From positions 1 to 52,020 of the IMG/VR virus record IMGVR_UViG_3300022181_000105: a DNA stretch of 52,020 bases. One strand, 5' to 3'. This document shows positions 48,024-52,020 of this stretch, in pieces. The stretch comes from a virus. Lineage: Duplodnaviria > Caudoviricetes. The translations under genes were made by a program, and so were the position numbers. Below the pieces are notes generated by a model. That model was not told the DNA's origin. It saw only the letters and a program-made list of their open reading frames with translations, and did not search any database. Position 1 is the stretch's first letter; the number at the start of each line of letters is the position of its first letter.

Positions 48024-48304
48024 TTCCGCTCGTCCACGAACTCGGTCACTATCTGGCGGCTCGCCTCTTCGGGAGTCGCCTTTCTTTTACCTTCGAGTGG
48101 GGGAAATACTACGTCCCGCGCTGGACGTGGGTATTCCCCGACGTCCAGAAATGGCAGCTGCGGATAATCTGCCTCGCCGGGTTCGGGCTGGAGTTCGCCA
48201 TACTCCCGTTCATGCCGCTGCCGTATCAGGTGGGGGCCGCGATTCATTTCGTAGCGTACCCGTTCTATGCGGGGGAGACATCTGACTTTAAGGGGATGAT
48301 TTAA
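47999..48304 (+). CDS. Small membrane protein with HExxH (M50 peptidase-like)
   Basis: LVHELGHYLAA, ICLAG, C-terminal SDF; hydrophobic; RBS GGAGGGG. Confidence 0.65.
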   Translation: MEYASILLIPLVHELGHYLAARLFGSRLSFTFEWGKYYVPRWTWVFPDVQKWQLRIICLAGFGLEFAILPFMPLPYQVGAAIHFVAYPFYAGETSDFKGMI

Positions 48305-48868
48305 TTGTTTGAACGCTGCATGAAGTTCGTAAAGGTCGCGGAAGGCGGCGCGAATTTCGACGTCGTAAACGGCAAGCCCGTGCTGAAGCGGTCCGCGCGA
48401 AACGACAGGGGCGGGCCGACAAAGTACGGAATCACCTGGGGAACACTGGCGCGGGCATACTCGCAGGGCGTCGTTGATCACAACGACATCGTTCAGCTGA
48501 CGCGCCAGGAGGCGGTCAGGATATTCGAGGCGTTCTACTGGGTCCCTTCGCGGGCCGACCGTCTGCCGTGGGGGCTGTGTTTGGCGCATTTCGACGCGGC
48601 GGTCAACTCCGGGGTGTCCGCCGCCGGGAAGATGCTGCAAAGAGCGGTCAACGATCTGTCGATTCACAAAATCGTCGTTGACGGGATCATCGGGCCGGAT
48701 TCCCTGCGGGCTATCGGCGACCTCGACGTGACGGCGCTGACGACGCAGCAGACGGAGGTGCGCAAAGCGTTTTTTCACGGGCTGGTGGCGCGTGATCCGG
48801 GGCAGGGAGATCACCTGCAAGGATGGATCAATCGCCTGAACAGGCTGCGCCGGGAGGTGGGGCTATGA
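48305..48868 (+). CDS. Endolysin, glycoside hydrolase family 108 with peptidoglycan-binding domain
   Basis: EGG...DRGGPTKYGIT, FDAAVNSG, VDGIIGP, GWINR. Confidence 0.92.
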   Translation: MFERCMKFVKVAEGGANFDVVNGKPVLKRSARNDRGGPTKYGITWGTLARAYSQGVVDHNDIVQLTRQEAVRIFEAFYWVPSRADRLPWGLCLAHFDAAVNSGVSAAGKMLQRAVNDLSIHKIVVDGIIGPDSLRAIGDLDVTALTTQQTEVRKAFFHGLVARDPGQGDHLQGWINRLNRLRREVGL

Positions 48869-49266
48869 GCGAGGAGCGGAAATCGAGCTTCTGGGAATTC
48901 GCGAGTGAAAATCCGGTCATGCTGATTATCGTGATGATCATCGTGCTGGGAATTATCGCCATCGTCATGGGGTATCGCGAGGGGTTCGCGTCCGTGCTGA
49001 CAGGGCTGTTTGGATTCATGAAGCGCGACGACGCGGATCGGAAGTTGCAGGAAAAAGAGTTGGACGCGCGCAAGATCGAGGCGGACAATCGACGGTTCGA
49101 AAAAGAGATCGTCGAAAACCGGAAGATACACGACGAGGAGGTCGAAGAAAATGCGGCAAGCGCAAAAGCGGAGTGCGACGAAATGGATATCGATGAGTTG
49201 GTTGATATTGGCAACGCTATGCTTCGTGGCGCTGCCCCAGGCTACGGCGGAGATACGCCGAGCTGA
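48865..49266 (+). CDS. Membrane protein with coiled coil (i-spanin- or holin-like)
   Basis: N-terminal TM, charged helical C-terminus; directly after endolysin. Confidence 0.65.
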   Translation: MSEERKSSFWEFASENPVMLIIVMIIVLGIIAIVMGYREGFASVLTGLFGFMKRDDADRKLQEKELDARKIEADNRRFEKEIVENRKIHDEEVEENAASAKAECDEMDIDELVDIGNAMLRGAAPGYGGDTPS

Positions 49267-49570
49267 CGGGAAAATCGTCATGGAGGAGGCTGACTACCGC
49301 CTCCTGATCACCGAGATTCAGACTCTCAAGGCCGAGGCCGCAGCGCTTCGGGCGGTCGTCGAGAAGGAGCGCGCCGGGCAGAACGAATACATGGTCCGCG
49401 TCTCGCTGGAACGCCAGGCACACGAGGCGTTGTTCGAGGCTCAGAAAGACCGCATCGACCGGTTGACGCGGCAGAAGTGGTATCCGGGGATCATCGCCGG
49501 GGTCGGCGGTACATGGAAGGGGGAGGTCCAGGGTGTTGTCGGCATCGGCTGGAAAATCGACCTGTGGTGA
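49151..49570 (+). CDS. Secreted coiled-coil protein with C-terminal amphipathic beta hairpin (o-spanin-like)
   Basis: RBS GAGGAGG, signal peptide ending PQATA; start embedded in previous gene; ends GIIAGVGG...VVGIGWKIDLW. Confidence 0.6.
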   Translation: MRQAQKRSATKWISMSWLILATLCFVALPQATAEIRRADGKIVMEEADYRLLITEIQTLKAEAAALRAVVEKERAGQNEYMVRVSLERQAHEALFEAQKDRIDRLTRQKWYPGIIAGVGGTWKGEVQGVVGIGWKIDLW

Positions 49571-49577
49571 CGAGGCG

Positions 49578-49952
49578 ATGGAGGGGATTTACGAGCGCTC
49601 GATTGAGGGGGTGCAGCGGAGCCTGGGGGTGCTCCAAGGGCGCCTGTCGGCCGTGGAGTCGGGGGTGAAGGAGGCCAACGACACTCTGAGAAAACTCTTG
49701 GAGCAGACCGCCATGATCGCGGAGCTGCAAAGGGTTGCCATCGCCCACGACAAGCGACTTGTGGCTATCGAGCGATGGTGCTCCGAAAATACCCCGGCAC
49801 TGCTGACCTTCGCCGAGCATATCCGCACCGACAAGCCGGTGGACGCCGTCGCCGGTGAATGGGCGCTGCGGGTCGTGCTTGTCGTCGGCGGGGCGGGTGG
49901 AATGTGGCTCATGTCGCGGCTTCCGAGGATTTGGGAGCTGCTGGGGGGGTGA
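49578..49952 (+). CDS. Holin/XhlA-like protein
   Basis: Coiled coil plus C-terminal TM; last gene of the lysis cassette. Confidence 0.55.
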   Translation: MEGIYERSIEGVQRSLGVLQGRLSAVESGVKEANDTLRKLLEQTAMIAELQRVAIAHDKRLVAIERWCSENTPALLTFAEHIRTDKPVDAVAGEWALRVVLVVGGAGGMWLMSRLPRIWELLGG

Positions 49953-49990
49953 AAAAAGGGGGGAGCTACCGCTCCCCCTCGTTATTCTTT
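49952..49990. terminator. Probable bidirectional terminator between lysis genes and integrase
   Basis: A6 + GGGGGAGC-TACC-GCTCCCCC + T-rich tail. Confidence 0.65.
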
Positions 49991-50036
49991 TCCCTCCACT
50001 CTAGGCTGGCGCGCAGCATGTGCCAGTTGTCTCACC

Positions 50037-51143
50037 TTATAGCAAATCGACGGCGCGCTTCTTCACGTCCGGGGCGAGGTGTGCGTACCGGAGCGTCATT
50101 TTCAAATCGGCGTGCCCGAGCAGCTCCCGGACGGTGTTCAAATCGACTCCGGCCATCACGAGCCGGGAGGCGAAGTCATGGCGCATGTCGTGCCAGCGGA
50201 AATTCTCTATCCCCGCACGCTTCAGGATCGTCTCCCAGGCGGTGCGGTAGTTTGGGATTGGCTCTCCGGTGCGGGTATGGGGGAAGACGTGCTTGCTCAG
50301 ACGAGGGAGTGCGGAGAGTGTTTCATGGACCACGCGGTTCATCGGGACTTTCTGTTCCTTCTCCGCCTTCGCGGACTCGGAACGGAGGGTGATGGTGCCG
50401 GTGGAGAAATCTATGTCGGTCCATCGCAGATCGAAAAGCGCCCCCTGCCGGATGCCGGTGTGCAGTGAGACGATGACGGCCCCCCTGTGCAGGGGGTGCG
50501 CCTCTTCGAGGGCGGCCATCAGGCGGGCGCGTTCCTCCGGGGAGAGGAAGCGCACTCTGTCGGGGGAATCCGTCTCGCGGAGGCGCTCGAGAAGGTCGAT
50601 GGGGTTGCCTGGGATCATGCCTCGCCTTTTCCCCCAGTTCAGCACGGCCCGCAGAGCGGTGATGCGGCGGTTGATCGTCGCCGCCTTGATCCCCTTCTTT
50701 TTCTGAGCAAGCCGCCAGTTTTCCACCTTCCCGAGAGAGATGTCTTCGATATTATCTTTCCATATAAAGGAAAAGAAGTTGCGCAGAGTTTGAAGCGTAA
50801 ACGATGCGCTTTTACGATGCGCCGTCACCCACGGCGCGTATTCCTTCTCGACGAGATCGCCGAGAGTGAAAACCTCGTCCTTCCGAGGTTCCTCTCCTTT
50901 CGAGACCATCGCCAGGTATTCCCGGGCAAGCTCGCGGGCTTCGGCTACCTTCAGCACGTCGGCGTCGCCGAGTTTTTTCGTGTTCCGCCGACCGTTCTTT
51001 CGTGTATAATCGACGTACCATGTCTTCTTCCCGGAGGGTTCGACCCGCAGGAGGAGTTTGGTGAAAACGGAGTCGCGGACATCGTAGCGCTTCTCCCTGG
51101 GGTCGAACTTCGGCACCGTGGTGTTGGTGAGTTTTTCGGACAT
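50037..51143 (-). CDS. int: Tyrosine integrase with N-terminal arm-binding domain
   Basis: YDVRDS...LLLRVEPSGKKTW arm domain; catalytic TGIR, HDMRH, LLGH, RYAH. Confidence 0.95.
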   Translation of the reverse strand: MSEKLTNTTVPKFDPREKRYDVRDSVFTKLLLRVEPSGKKTWYVDYTRKNGRRNTKKLGDADVLKVAEARELAREYLAMVSKGEEPRKDEVFTLGDLVEKEYAPWVTAHRKSASFTLQTLRNFFSFIWKDNIEDISLGKVENWRLAQKKKGIKAATINRRITALRAVLNWGKRRGMIPGNPIDLLERLRETDSPDRVRFLSPEERARLMAALEEAHPLHRGAVIVSLHTGIRQGALFDLRWTDIDFSTGTITLRSESAKAEKEQKVPMNRVVHETLSALPRLSKHVFPHTRTGEPIPNYRTAWETILKRAGIENFRWHDMRHDFASRLVMAGVDLNTVRELLGHADLKMTLRYAHLAPDVKKRAVDLL

Positions 51144-51180
51144 GCGGTCACTTCCCGTACTCGATATGTACTCAACGGCG

Positions 51181-51209
51181 ATTATACAACGATAGCAAAG
51201 GGTAAACAA
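51181..51209 (-). promoter_or_regulatory. Sigma-70-type promoter for int
   Basis: Minus strand TTGTTT-N17-TATAAT, ~40 nt upstream of the int ATG. Confidence 0.7.
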
Positions 51210-51301
51210 CGCGGAGAGAGAAAAAATGATACACGCTTGCAAACACCGGATTCCAAGAACGTGGACTTTTACAATGTCATACGGTTGTATATGCCGGGAC
51301 A

Positions 51302-51348
51302 CCATGGTAAGGATGGGGTCTCCGGTTCAAGTCCGGAAGTCGGCTCCA
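51302..51348 (+). repeat. attR core: 3' half of tRNA-Thr(GGT)
   Basis: CCATGGTAAGGATGGGGTCTCCGGTTCAAGTCCGGAAGTCGGCTCCA contains GGT anticodon loop, T arm (GGTTCAAGTCC) and CCA end; no 5' acceptor strand or D arm upstream. Confidence 0.88.
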
Positions 51349-51359
51349 GCGAGTGAACG

Positions 51360-51395
51360 CAAGACTTTAGCAATTCTGCTAAAGTCTTGTTTTTT
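51360..51395 (+). terminator. Host tRNA terminator
   Basis: CAAGACTTTAGCA-ATTC-TGCTAAAGTCTTG, 13-bp stem, followed by T6. Confidence 0.85.
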
Positions 51396-51459
51396 ATATA
51401 GGGATGGGGTCTGGAGAGGCGCGTTTCCATCTTCGCAGTTCGATCGGCAGGTGGCATCT

Positions 51460-52020
51460 ATGAGAAAAAAAGTGTGTTCGAAAAAGTATTTCAGAGTCGC
51501 TGCGGTAGTCGCGCTGTTATTTTCGGTGTGTTCAGCGGCTTTTCCTGAACCTGGAAGCCCTCCCGCTCAGTCGGTCGAGGCATCGCTGTCGCAGGGGATA
51601 GCCAGGCTCGGTTATTTGTGGCCGCTCTTTGTGCCGGGGAGGGTGACAAGCCGCTACGGGCAGAGAACGCACCCTATTACCAAAGAGACTGACTTCCACC
51701 TGGGAGTGGACATCCACGTGCCGCACGGGGCCTCCGTACGGGCTGCGAAGGCCGGTGAGGTGCTTTTCTCCGGAATGCGCGGAGGGTATGGAAACGCCGT
51801 CATCATACAGCACGACGCGAAGAGTTCTTCGTTATACGGGCACTGTTCCCGTCTTCTTGTCAAGCGCGGCCAGAAGGTCCATCAGGGACAGGTGATCGCC
51901 ATGGTGGGCGATACGGGAAGGGCGACGGGACCGCATCTGCATTTCGAAATACGTACAGGGGGCGGAGCAGTCGACCCTTTGGAGTTCTGGAAAAATCACG
52001 CCGAAACGTCGGCGCCGTGA
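51460..52020 (+). CDS. Host M23-family peptidase
   Basis: Signal peptide; HLGVD, GYGNAV, LYGH, TGPHLHFE. Confidence 0.92.
   Translation: MRKKVCSKKYFRVAAVVALLFSVCSAAFPEPGSPPAQSVEASLSQGIARLGYLWPLFVPGRVTSRYGQRTHPITKETDFHLGVDIHVPHGASVRAAKAGEVLFSGMRGGYGNAVIIQHDAKSSSLYGHCSRLLVKRGQKVHQGQVIAMVGDTGRATGPHLHFEIRTGGGAVDPLEFWKNHAETSAP

Larger units (their letters stand above)
1..51348. mobile_element. Temperate prophage (Mu-like head, siphovirus-like tail) integrated at tRNA-Thr; left end (attL) outside window
   Basis: Complete modular gene order cI/cro, recombination, replication, terminase, portal, capsid, tape measure, lysis, tyrosine integrase, ending at a tRNA 3' fragment. Confidence 0.96.

Noticed and set aside
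51270-51348. Intact tRNA-Thr gene
   Set aside because: Only the anticodon loop to CCA is present; upstream bases cannot form the acceptor stem, D arm or full anticodon stem, so it is the att duplicate
51226-51459. N-terminal extensions of the M23 ORF (from 51226) and integrase ORF (from 51305)
   Set aside because: They run across att, promoter and terminator sequence; better starts are at 51460 and 51143
1-52020. CRISPR array or mini-array
   Set aside because: No regularly spaced direct repeats noticed by eye; a short degenerate array cannot be fully excluded without computation

Overview
Almost the whole window (1 to ~51348) is one near-complete temperate prophage with a Mu-like head module and a non-contractile (siphovirus-type) tail. 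It is integrated at a tRNA-Thr(GGT) gene. The duplicated 3' half of that tRNA (attR, 51302-51348), the host tRNA terminator and a host M23 peptidase gene lie at the right end, and attL should lie left of the window. Gene order: lysogeny genes and cI/cro switch, recombination (PD-(D/E)XK nuclease, SSAP-like protein, SbcDC), replication, RuvC and many small ORFs, MazG-like protein, late activator, accessory island, packaging, head, tail, lysis, integrase. Most notable observations: (1) an apparent programmed -1 frameshift signal in cro (A_AAC_CCT, 7-nt spacer, GC hairpin) that would fuse the Cro HTH to a start-less downstream domain; (2) an accessory island carrying an AcrVA2/FinQ-like protein among unknown genes; (3) a DUF488 / methyltransferase-GNAT fusion / ParB / terminase-small block suggesting packaging-linked DNA base modification; (4) a MuF head protein with a C-terminal ADP-ribosyltransferase toxin and a candidate immunity gene; (5) an unusual lysis cassette with a miniature HExxH membrane protein and a non-lipoprotein spanin-like pair. 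All family calls are from motif recognition by eye; no searches were run.
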